Positions 25,650 to 36,504 of a stretch of DNA of 64,000 nucleotides are shown one piece after another. Every line of letters starts with the position of its first letter. The first letter of the stretch is position 1. The notes beneath the pieces were generated by a model. That model was not told where the DNA came from. It saw nothing but the letters and a program-made list of their open reading frames with translations, and did not search any database. The position numbers were made by a program, and so were the translations under genes. This stretch comes from Eledone cirrhosa (lineage: Eukaryota), in NCBI GenBank assembly GCA_964016885.1, contig OZ024742.1, forward strand, positions 128,836,001-128,900,000. The letters are read 5' to 3'.

Positions 25650-26700
25650 CATCTGTTGTGGAAAGACGGAGCAACTTATAGACTTCGAAGGCCCGTAACT
25701 CGCAATGACTCTACTGAAAGCACTTCAATGTCTGTCTATTGACTAGTTTTTTCGTTCACTTCATTATATTTCGTTAATTCATAAAATAGCTTTATGCCAC
25801 TCAGGACATATGGGTAGGGAGAAGTAGAAAAGCTTTTTATTATTCCTTTGTCGTTTTTTTTTTTTAAATAGCCTTTCAAAACTTAGAACTTTTCCGGGTG
25901 ACGAAATCGCCTTTTCTTTCTATCTGTACTACTACTGCTTGTCTCCTTATCTCTGATATCTGTGTATTTGTCCATTCGTCTGTCTGTGCTTCTCACTCTC
26001 ACTAATTTCCTCTGTCTCTCGTTAGACACATGAATACATAAGCTACGCCTTTCAGACGTGGTTTCAGGTTCGTCTTATATTTATGTTATAGTTTTCGGGG
26101 TTGTTGAGGAGAGGAAAAAAGGATTTATTATCTCTATTAGAAATGAGATGTCATGACTTTCATGCATGTCTTCCGTACGGACATTAGTAGCGTACATGAT
26201 GTGGGATATCTACAACTAAAGATTGAAAGTGCAACATCACTTCAGCTCGCCGAGAATTTGCCTGTTTTGTGGTGCTCGTCACAATTCCATAATATTTCGG
26301 CCAACAGTTAACCACCAGCTTGTACTGTAACATCCCATGGCAGGTCGTTTCGTTGTATCATTTGAATACATGTATGCAATGTATTGAATAGATGTACGGA
26401 TGAAAATGCACTCAGCTACAAGAAGCGAGAAAAGATGCGTACACACAGTTATATAACTGGCCCCAGTTTGTCCTGAATACGGCGAACGCTGTGCATCAAT
26501 AATTGCGATGTGCAGTCATCAAAGGATCGACAAACGAAGGTGAAGATAGTCGTTATCGCATTAGATGAACAACCGTAAGCAAGTAGGCATACTTCTGCTA
26601 AAAATCGATTGGAGATTATATATACGATAACGTCTGGGGAAAAGTTATCTGTAACAGATTAGCCTCCTATCCTAGAAGAAAGAAAGATTGAGTCGTTTAT
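25650..26700. promoter_or_regulatory. Non-repetitive, relatively CpG-retaining segment; candidate promoter/5'UTR region
   Basis: No recognisable TE, visibly more CG dinucleotides than flanks, adjacent to the candidate exon. Confidence 0.3.
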
Positions 26701-27252
26701 TCGTTTCATAAACTACAAACAATAGGGATAAGCAGTAGTGTCATTCATTTGGCTAGTGGCTTGTGAATGTATTTTTTGTATATATACCATCATCACTTCT
26801 GTCATCATCATCTACATTGTTGTTGCTATCATTTGGAAGAAAAAGGAAAGAGTGGATTTTCATATTATTGTCATGGGTTAGACAAGTTTGCAATATAGCA
26901 TTTTTATATATTATGATTACATCTCTCTCTCTCATTTTCTGGAAGAAATCAGCTATGATCAGTCCTAGTGAGGGATGGGTTCGACCAGGTTGTAATATAC
27001 CCAAGACACGTATGTTCAGTAGCTACAGTAATATTTAGATTTAAAATCTCACCCGTTAATTCTGACTAAAATGTTCAAAGAATGAAATAACATTTTGGCA
27101 TTCACTACGTCACGCTATTTTTAATTTATTCAAATTCATGCCACTGACGTCGATTAGTTATTTCCCTGGGCTCATTTTATTTGAAAATATACTGTTACTT
27201 CTCACAGTAAAAGCTATCTTTACTACCATTACTATTCTATCACAAGGACATT

Positions 27253-27478
27253 TGGTACTGTTTAGCCAAAGACAAATATGATAAACACCTGGTACTGTTA
27301 ACCAAGAGCAGAACTGATGAATAATAATTAGTACTGTTTGTTAATTAGAAGCAGAATTGAAGGTGGTAATATTAACTGGACGTAAGACTGATGAACAACC
27401 AGAAAAAGATCTGATAACCAGCTGGTAATGTTAACCTGTAGTAGAACTGATAAACAGGTGGTATTGTTCACCAGAAGT
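27253..27478. repeat. Degenerate about 36-37-bp minisatellite
   Basis: Recurring TGGTACTGTTAACC...AGCAGAACTGATAAACA unit, about 5-6 decayed copies. Confidence 0.55.
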
Positions 27479-27651
27479 TAAACTCAATTGGTGCATGTTG
27501 TTATTGTCAGCACACCCCCACCTAGGGAAAGATGCTTCTATAGTAATCTACCCCTCAGTGATTTTGTATAAGATATTCTATATAAGATTATTTTAGCAAT
27601 CTCTTTTCATTGAGATGTTATGTATATCCTGACAAATTTACTTATATATAT

Positions 27652-28002
27652 ATACAGTGTTAAGGTATCAAAACATATGTAATATGTATGCTGACCATAT
27701 TTCTCTTAAAATAAGCTCAATGGATCTAAGTTCAGAAAATCAATAATTCAATAAGGGTCTTAAGATATGTCCCACACTGTACAAAATACCTTTATATTCG
27801 TTGAGAGGAGAGTGTCTGATTAAGCTTCAACTCCACAGGGTGTCAAAAAAAGTTTAATGACCAGGGCAGATATAAATAGGACTGGACATCTTCTCAACTA
27901 TACAAAATATTAAGGTATCAAAACATATTTAATATGTATGATGACCATATTTCTCTTTAAATAAGCTCCATAAACCTTAGTTCACAGCATCAGTAATTCA
28001 AA
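27652..28002. repeat. Partial tandem (period about 250 bp, about 1.4 copies)
   Basis: TTAAGGTATCAAAACATAT.TAATATGTATG.TGACCATATTTCTCTT.AAATAAGCTC at about 27659 and about 27910. Confidence 0.7.
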
Positions 28003-28164
28003 TTTAGAATATATATTTAAAGAGAAGGTAGGAGTCATATATCATTTGAGAAACACATAGTATTTTGTACATATATATGATACAAATAATATTCAGGAAA
28101 AAATATATACTTAAAGTGGAAAAAATTTATATTTCCTTTTCAGTAGTTTCATAGTCGAAGAGAC

Positions 28165-29448
28165 GTTCTTGTATATTACTATTACACATGCATGGAAGCA
28201 TGGAACACTGATGTTCATATACAACCTGGGTGTTGTCTGCAAAAGATCTATGAAGATTGGAAAGAAATGAAGCTTCCATGCTTTGATGGATGTGTAATAT
28301 ACATGAACAACAAAGCATAAATGAACTGAGAGAGAAATTAGGCATAAGAGGGATCAGATGCAGTGTACAGGAGAGGAGAATTCATTGGTAGGGACATGTA
28401 AAGTGTATAAAGGATGACACCTGTATAAAAAAATTGATTGAAGCTATGTTGTAGGAAGACCTTGGATGAGATATATATATATACAACCTGGGTGTTGTCT
28501 GCAAAAGATCTATGAAGATTGGAAAGAAATGAAGCTTCCATGCTTTGAACGGATGTGTAATATACATGAACAACAAAGCATAAATGAACTGAGAGAGATA
28601 TTAGGCATAATGAATTCTCCTCTCCTGCAGTGTACAGGAGAGGAGAATTCTATATATGTACACATGTAATGTGTATAAAGGATGACACCTGTATAAAAAA
28701 ATTGATGGAAGCTATGTTGTAGGAAGACCTTGGATGAGATGATAAAAGCTGATCTTGTACAATTGTACCTCTCACAGCGATGACACAGGATCAAAATCTC
28801 TGGCATTATGCAGTAATACAAAAGACCCACCTTCCCATGTGCACGTGTTGAAGCATACATCTCGTATGCACTACCTTCCCCTTCCATTCACCTCCACCTC
28901 CTAACACTTCTTCCTTCATCCACCTCCCCACCTTGCACATCCACGTCCTAACACTCCACCCACATCCTAACACCCCTCCCATGTCCTAACACTCCTCCTA
29001 TGCCCAAACACTCAACTCTTCACACACATCCCTAGAACTACCACCCCAATCACCACACACCTCCCCGCACCCTAGTTCCCAGCCCACACTGTAAAGTGAT
29101 CATGATGGCAACACGACAAAAAGCACCTAGCCCACACTGTAAAGTAGTCATGTAGGTGACACAACAAAAAGTGCCCAGTCCACACAGTAAAGTGGTTGTG
29201 TAGGTGACACACAAAAAGTGCCCAGTCCACACAGTAAAGTGGTTGTGTAGGTGACAACAAAAAGTGCCCAGTACATAATGTAAATGTGGTTGGTGTTAGG
29301 AAGGGCATCTAGCTGTAGAAACCAAGCTAAAATCAGTTCTATATGAGCAAGTCAGGGTCACCTGACCCAACATCTCTCACAACAGGACAACTCGTCTAAC
29401 CCATGCTAGCATGGAAAAGTGTATGTTAAACGTTGATGATGATGATGA
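28165..29448 (+). mobile_element. RTE LINE 3' part with internal tandem duplication and micro-inversions
   Basis: ACAACCTGGGTGTTGTCTGCAAAAGATC segment at about 28221 and about 28483; 3'UTR with about 5 CCCAG.CCACAC.GTAAAGTG repeats; (GAT)n tail. Confidence 0.85.
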
Positions 29449-29462
29449 TATATATATATGAA

Positions 29463-29795
29463 GGCACATGGCTTAGTGGTTAGAGCATTGGTCTTGCAAT
29501 CGAAAGGTTGTGAGTTCAATTCTCAGGCTGGGTGATGTGTTGTTTCCTTGAGCAAGACACTTTATTTCACATTGCTCCAGTTTACTCAGCTGTAGAAATG
29601 AGATGATACGGACTGGGGTCCATATCATTCCACTGCAAAGTGGTCATGGAGGTGCCACGGCAAAAAAGCACCCAGCACTCTCTGTAAATGAGGTTGGTGT
29701 TAGGAAGGGCATCCAGCTGTAGAAATCAAGCCTGAATCAGTTCCCGTCCCACCCTTGCAAGCAGGGAAAAAGCGGACGTAAAATGAAATGATGAT
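29463..29795 (+). mobile_element. tRNA-derived SINE (family C) with RTE-derived 3' tail
   Basis: A box TGGCTTAGTGG, B box GAGTTCAATTC, central CCTTGAGCAAGACACTTTATTTCACATTGCTCCAG..ACTCAGCTGTAGAAATGAG; from about 29630 it matches the copy 1 RTE 3'UTR. Confidence 0.8.
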
Positions 29796-29812
29796 ATGTG
29801 TGTGTGTATGTG

Positions 29813-30363
29813 TATTGAACAATGAAAATAAAACAAAAGTCAGAGATAGGTAGTTAATTAGTTCATTGTTGATTGATCATTGAAGATTGATATATCGACC
29901 AGCATGGTAGTGGTTATATCACTACCTCTGAAATGATCATAAAACAATCAACTAATTAACTACCTACCACTTTAGAAGGAGAATCAGAGTGGAGAGAGAG
30001 GCACTGCACCCCAATAAATTTACTGAAAGGTGGGTGAATGTAGCAAAAATGGCCCGAGTGATTGGGCCTTCTCTGTATATAAACCTGTAGGTTAAAGAGG
30101 AGAGCAAAAGGAAGAAAGGAGCACTTGCACAACATGCGCCTGAAGTTGACGGCTGGTTTATCGACGGGGTATTAAACAACCCATTTGTGGAGCCTCCCCC
30201 CTATTGGGGATTTTGATTGTTAAATTTGTTTGTTTCAATATTTTTATACGACTGTATGTAAAATCCCCGGCATGTGTCCTTGTTTTGTCCCCCTTTCTTG
30301 TGTGCTCTTGCGGAAAATAAAGAAATATATTTCTCATATTTGTTTTATTTTCATTGTTCAATA
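29813..30363. mobile_element. Unclassified about 550-bp non-coding element with 25-bp inverted termini
   Basis: TATTGAACAATGAAAATAAAACAAA (29813-29837) is the exact reverse complement of 30339-30363; internal 17-bp inverted repeat 29847-29863/29950-29966; TATA-like GTATATAAA and AATAAA inside. Confidence 0.55.
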
Positions 30364-30389
30364 TACATACACACATATATATAAATGAC

Positions 30390-32279
30390 TCTGTAACTTG
30401 GGCAGATTCTTCTTTGAGGAAACCTTACATGGTGAGCACCTACCACAAAAACTATAGGGCACACCAACTAATCTCGTTGAAACTATCTCTTTAAGGCCTC
30501 CTTAAGTTCTAGCAATGTTACCGGCCCCACCACAAACAGGTGGAAACCAATATATATAATATATATAAACTCAGCAGACAAAGATCCCATGGTCCAACCA
30601 ACCCAACCATAGAACAATACTGGGAGGAGTTGCCGCTGTACTCCAAATGCCTAACTACCAATATAGTATACAAATGTGAGGTCACCACCAGCATGCAGAG
30701 AAAAGCATATATACGTTTAATGGCTAACACCTTCAAATCCTGGTTCACAGCACAAATATTCCTTCCAACACTCAGAGCGAAAGCACACAACAAGCCTCTC
30801 CAGCCACCTCTAGTGGTTACTCAAAAGTGAAATACCCTACCAACTATGCTGGACTAGCATCACCAGGGCTCAACCCTACTCAGCAGGATGAGTCCCCTGC
30901 AACTTGTGTTTAACTGAAGCACTTTGCATACTGTTCGACAGGGACACATTAATAACTAAAAAATCTAAACTAGTGACTAAATGTATTCACTGCATACAAA
31001 AAAATTTATACCTATGCCTCAAACTAACAAACAATAATGGAGGCTAATGATCCACACCTACCAAGCACGGGAACCCAAACCACTCGGCATTTAAGTTCAT
31101 GCAGCGACCTGTACCTGGACTAAGCCCCATCCTATACACCTGCCCAAACACCCACACTCCACCTGGGAACCCACATGCAGAGACTTCGGGGCCCACATCC
31201 CACTCTCCCACCCCTCACCTACTATATCCATCTACATTGTACAATCAACCTACCACTACTCACCTTGTAAGTTTCCTTTGTGTATATGTGCAGATAGCTT
31301 TTACCACCTCTTCTTCCCTGTTCTTGTATGGGTGTATTAATGTAGTATGTACATATGTGTATGATACATGTAGGTGTGTATATGTAGACAATTTTACCAC
31401 CAACTCTCCCCATACGGACATGCATGGACCTGTGTGTATGCATGTGAGACTGTGTACAGATGTGTATGTGCATACATATATGTATATATATTATATCTGT
31501 ATATGTATGTGCTTGCACTTGACTGAGCATGCATATATGCAGGCATGTGAATGTGCATGTATATGTGTTTGTATGTATGTATGTGTCCATATATGAATGT
31601 GCTTATGCCTCTCTTTCCACCTACTAATTTATTCATGCATTTCTATGTAAAACCTAAAACTCCCCAGTATACTTGTGCATGCTTGTGTGTATGTAGTATG
31701 CATACACATAGTACATACACTTTATCACTGGTTACCATCCAATATTATTCACTTTACCTACTTTTACACCCTTATATTTTACCTAATCTTATTTGATCCT
31801 ATTTATTGATTTATTTAATCATTTACTCATTTACTTCTATATAACCCATTTTTTATTGTTAATTCTATTCTTTACTTTAAAATACTCCTTCAGTCTCTCA
31901 GCCCTGTCTACAAAAAAGCCTAACCCCTCACCCCCATTACCCCTATTCCTATTACTATTATGCCCCTTCTCCTCCTACTCCACTCCAACCCACTAACCAC
32001 CCCTTCCCCCACTCACACTACTTCCTTTTCATGATCCCTTGCCTGTCCAGATACACTTAAGATTCTCTGACCCCCCCCCCCCCACACACACACACACAAA
32101 CACAGACTTTCTCCATCAGACCAGTTTACTACAATGATAAATTCAACCAAAGCACTACCAACACTAGAGACCTATTTTTTCACACCCTCCAAGTATTACT
32201 ACACATTTTGAAAAGGCTTGCTGATCACACAAACACATAAGCCAAAACTGCTTGTCACTGCAGTCAGGATTTTACATCA

Positions 32280-32280
<1 letters not shown>
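30390..32280 (+). mobile_element. Decayed Penelope-like element 3' part (GIY-YIG remnant about 30600-31010 plus long 3' region)
   Basis: KCLTTNIVYKCEV...KAYIRLMANTFK...PCNLCLTEAL...KKSKLVTKCIH parallels 34684-35070; hammerhead-like motif at 32204-32260. Boundaries uncertain. Confidence 0.65.
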
Positions 32281-32324
<44 letters not shown>

Positions 32325-32329
32325 ATCTC

Positions 32330-32850
32330 TAGCCGCTAAATTCCACCAGTTGCAGACTGTGCATCAACATGATATTTTTCTCTTTTTCTCCACAAAGTTC
32401 GATCACTAACAGCAGAGTTTAAAGAGCAAAGGTCCATAGTTAACATTATCAAGCCATCATTTTGGCTGCCAACTTCTGCCAACTTTCATTCTAGGCATAA
32501 CTTGACTCACACCACGGCAGCTCACTGATACAGATACGGTCACTAAGCCGCTTGCCAGTCATAAGTCTCATGATGTGGTTCTGGAATGTAGAGAGCTTCT
32601 AAAGAGACCTTGTCGTCCAATTAACACAACTGGCAGGATGTAGGTATCAAATGATAGGAAACTCGTTTTGATGTTAGTAGTTCCTTGTTCTTGTTGAAAG
32701 CTGCCCAACCTAGAGCGATATGATACTGCACAACGACCATTCCATTGATGTTTTATGATAGTTTGTTACTGAGATATACAAACTCCGTAACTTGAGCAGT
32801 TTGCTGGTTGTAGATTGTAAATTGGAAATTACAATTGTTTTTATCAGTTG
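32330..32850 (-). mobile_element. Decayed RTE-group LINE, post-RT region
   Basis: Remnant QVTEFVYLS...IALGWAAFNKNKEL...KLSTFQNHIMRLMTGKRLSDRI. Confidence 0.55.
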
Positions 32851-32860
32851 TCATATACAG

Positions 32861-32894
<34 letters not shown>

Positions 32895-33026
32895 TTAGAG
32901 CTCTGAAATAGCAATATATATATGGATGTATATATAATGTATTTTGCAATACACTTTATGCTTAATTAAAAGCATTTTGAAGACAGTAAGCTATTGTTTT
33001 AAAGTAGTGACAAATTCACTCACTTT

Positions 33027-33118
33027 GATCTCAGCAAACAGGGGAGATAAGCCGACAAGACTTGTTTCGCTTGGTTGAAGCTTATCAAGGCCAACTACCC
33101 CACCTGTCTGCTGAGATC
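33027..33118 (-). ncRNA. Type I hammerhead ribozyme (U3-A8 variant), inverted copy
   Basis: Reverse complement equals 33379-33471 except one fewer A in loop II. Confidence 0.75.
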
Positions 33119-33378
33119 ATTGATGTTATATTCTTATAGAAATCTAGCTGAGATCAAAGTGAGTGAATTTGTCACTACTTTAAAACAATAGCTTACGGTC
33201 TTCAAAATGCTTTTAATTAAGCATAAAGTGTATTGCAAAATACATTATATATACATCCATATATATATTGCTATTTCAGAGCTCCAATTCTAATTTTTAA
33301 TTTCTGCCTGACCAACAACCGCTCTGCATAATCAGCTCCTGATTATTTACTAGATTTCTATAAGAATATAACATCAAT

Positions 33379-33471
33379 GATCTCAGCAGACAGGTGGGGT
33401 AGTTGGCCTTGATAAGCTTCAACCAAAGCGAAACAAGTCTTGTCGGCTTATCTCCCCTGTTTGCTGAGATC
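33379..33471 (+). ncRNA. Type I hammerhead ribozyme (U3-A8 variant)
   Basis: Stem I 5' GATCTCAGCAGACAGG-T-GGGGTA-GTT-GGCC; core TTGATAA; stem II GCTT/AAGC; GAAA; stem III ACAA/TTGT; GTC site (cut after 33444); stem I 3' GGCT-TATCTC-C-CCTGTTTGCTGAGATC. Confidence 0.78.
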
Positions 33472-33587
33472 AAAGTGAGTGAATTTGTCACTACTTTAAA
33501 ACAATAGCTTACGGTCTTCAAAATGCTTTTAATTAAGCATAAAGTGTATTGCAAAATACATTATATATACATCCATATATATATATA

Positions 33588-36318
33588 TTTATTAAAATAA
33601 CAGATTAAAGTTTAAGCAAAGAATCGCTGCTTTCACTCTTAACAGGATATTCTGAAACTAAAAAAATCAATCTGTGAACGCAGAAGTAAATATTTCGAAA
33701 AACGTTGCAACCGAAGGAAGACAGGAAGACGGTACTTTGGTTCATGGAAACGTTCCCTGGCAATGAACGGAAAAAAACGAAGATAATACGTCATTATTTG
33801 GAGCGGTGAAAACAATTACACGCAAAGACAAAACCCCGTTTATGGTATAAATGAAGTCATAGACTAATATTCTATTAGGTGGTTCGTGGAGACGTTCTCT
33901 GGCAATGAACGGAAAAAACGATAATACGTCATTATGTGGAGTGATGATAACAATTACATGCAAAGACAAAACCACATTTATGGTATAACTGAAGTCATAG
34001 ACTAAAATTCTATTTAAGAAACCGAATGAATCTCGGCTTCAGAGTTAAGAATAAAGTAAATAAAATACAGAGGTAATTGAAATTAAATAAATACATGTGC
34101 GCATCCATATACGTACATACACATGCATATGCGAAAACACCCACCATGGTTATGCAAATACAAGCACGTACACAAAAAAACATGCACACACATACAGAAC
34201 CCACACAACGCCTGTACCCGCACACATACGAACATGTACACCAAATACACATAAAAATATATATAAAAAATATATATATGTGTGTGTGCGTGTATACATA
34301 TAATTATATAAACGTATATAAATATACACACATAAATACATATATAACGCGCGCACACACATACCTATATGTAAATACACATATGTTCGCTAAACATACG
34401 TCAACCAAAACACAAAGTACACATATACACACGCCCTACATACGTACGAACAGACGCATACACGAACTCCCGTATACACATAACCATATGCACATGTACC
34501 AGTATATATAATATAATATGTACGCCTATAACATATACAAGCAAATATACATACGAGAAAGCATACATACCTTCACAAAACATACAGGCAATATATACTT
34601 ACCTATACAAATAAGTAATGGTATAAACATAACATATACTTAGCTACCACTCCAAGACCTAAAATATCCGCATATAGTTCGTACTATCCGTTAGGGTATA
34701 ATGTGGGGCTGTAATACAGGAAAGTTTTGTGCAATTTATGTTTACAAGCCGAAATTGCCTCAGATTTTTTGTTTAAGATGTGGTCATTGGCATAGAGTAT
34801 TTCCAGGGCTTCAGCGGTGCAGAGGCTACATGGTCTTTTATTTCCGTTATACGATCTAGCCCTAGCTAGGATCTCCCAGTGTAACTTATATTGGGTGTGG
34901 TTGTCTTTTAGACTCCAGATATAAGCTGAAAGTGACGTCATATTCCTTCTTAAAGGGTTAAGAAAAGAATAGGTATGCATGTAAAGACACTGCTTGAATC
35001 TATTGGCGGTTAACCCTATGTAGGCCCTACGGGAGGTGGGTGTTTCAACCTTACATTTATAGAGAGGCATTTCCCGGATAGGGGGCAGTCAACCCGATTC
35101 CTACAATTAAAGTTAGTACTAGCTACAGGTTGCACGTGTTCCTACGGCTAGTTAGTTTAGCTAAATTTGAAGCTGTGATGTTATGTGCAAGGTCAGGAGT
35201 CGTAAAGTAAGAAATTTTAATAGTATTTCTATTAAAAATTTTACTATATTTATGTGATGGGGGGAAATGCTTCACAATAAGGGAGAGAAAGATCTTAGCT
35301 AATGGTGTGGCCACCTCCATATTATATGGTGGGTTATACCATATAATGCGTCGGGATCTATTTTTCCTAGGTCTATTCACATACTCTGTATATGCTATCT
35401 TATCGACAAATCCACTCCGAGCAAGAGCTTCATTGTAATATGTGGAATGGTCGTTGAAAATATGCTTGTTTGTAGATTTACGGGAAAGCCTCAAAGAAAC
35501 GTTTCTTACCAGGTTCTTGGTTAGGCTGGCAGGATGGTTAGAATGCTTACTTATGTAATTAAGCGTATCATTTGACTTTCTATACGACAAATTGAGGCTA
35601 ATGTTGAGGTAAGTAATGACCAAGAGGTTGGCCTCAACCTGTATGGAGAGGTTGAAGCCTTTAAAGAAGGCTGTGAGTTCTTTTCTGAACCTGTCACAAA
35701 CATGCAGAATCGCTGGCGCCTATACTCACGTCGAATGGGGTACTATTAGATTTTTAAATCCAAATAGAGTCGTCGAAATTAATCACCGACTTACGGGCAA
35801 TGAGGATGACATCAACTTAGAAATCCTTAACCACTGTGAGTGTTTTAGCGAAATTGATAGCTCTAAGGAGAAGTGGTAAAGTGATGGAGGAGTAGTAATT
35901 GTTGATGTCGAATTGGATAAAACGGCAATGTTCCTTGTTGCATATGCCGTTGAACCAATCAATCACCGCGAAAGAATTGTTCCACAGTGCAAGAGGGGCC
36001 AAACTTCTAATTTCAGGTATAATTCTATCTAAAATCCTCTTACTAAGTCTACCTAAATCGGACTTCGTAGGGTTAATAAGCCGAATAGAGGGGTTGTTCG
36101 GGAAATTGGATTTGCGATCCTTCAGGGTAAAGTGAGGAGAAATAGGGTCCAGAGGTTCGGTCCGGTCCAGGATGTTGAGATCAGAGGTAATATTAAACCC
36201 AGCATCGTTGATGTCATTAATGTTGCTCCGATTAGTTTTACGGTAATCCTTAGTTACAGCATTATGTAGCAGTTGATGGTAAGTACTGCGCTCCACTTGA
36301 TATAGATTGCCAGTTTTG

Positions 36319-36321
<3 letters not shown>
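33588..36321 (-). mobile_element. Penelope-like element (RT plus C-terminal GIY-YIG), 5'-truncated, defective
   Basis: DKTGNLY...TLKD.KSNFPNNPSIRLINPTKS...FIQFDINNYYSSI...IIWYNPPY...IFNRNTIKISY...NCRNRVDCPLSGKC...YIGLTANRFK...CSLCTAE...LNKKSE; the RT catalytic segment is deleted near 35695; coding end 34684; 3' region has two about 140-bp repeats (33739-34015). Confidence 0.88.
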
Positions 36322-36365
<44 letters not shown>

Positions 36366-36402
36366 ATTATAATTATAAAGTGAACAACACAATATATAAC
36401 TA

Positions 36403-36470
36403 CTCCATTACCAAAGGTTTCAGGGCCCTAGACAATATTAACATACGTCTAGATCGTTCATCAGACAGAG
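36403..36470 (-). ncRNA. Minimal type I hammerhead ribozyme (inverted copy)
   Basis: CTCTGT-CTGATGA-ACGATCTAGAC...GTCTAGGGCCCT-GAAACCTTTGGTA-ATGGAG; base of stem II imperfect. Confidence 0.6.
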
Positions 36471-36504
36471 AGGTTATGAATTTCATATTTTCACTTCATA
36501 ACCT

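Larger units (their letters stand above)
32889..33580 (+). mobile_element. Retrozyme-like non-coding element: 316-bp unit as about 1.4-copy tandem (33147-33580) plus inverted partial copy (32889-33147)
   Basis: CTGAGATCAAAGTGAG at 33148 and 33464 (period 316); 32889-33147 is the near-exact reverse complement of a permuted unit; (TA)n on both sides; contains hammerheads. Confidence 0.8.

Noticed and set aside
29463-29535. tRNA gene
   Set aside because: A and B boxes are present but there is no cloverleaf, and the sequence continues into a SINE body; the same holds for family A heads.
33739-34015. SECIS element or selenocysteine recoding in the Penelope-like element
   Set aside because: ATGA..AAA is present on the minus strand but no complementary 3' arm was found; the Cys positions I checked in the GIY-YIG region are not TGA.
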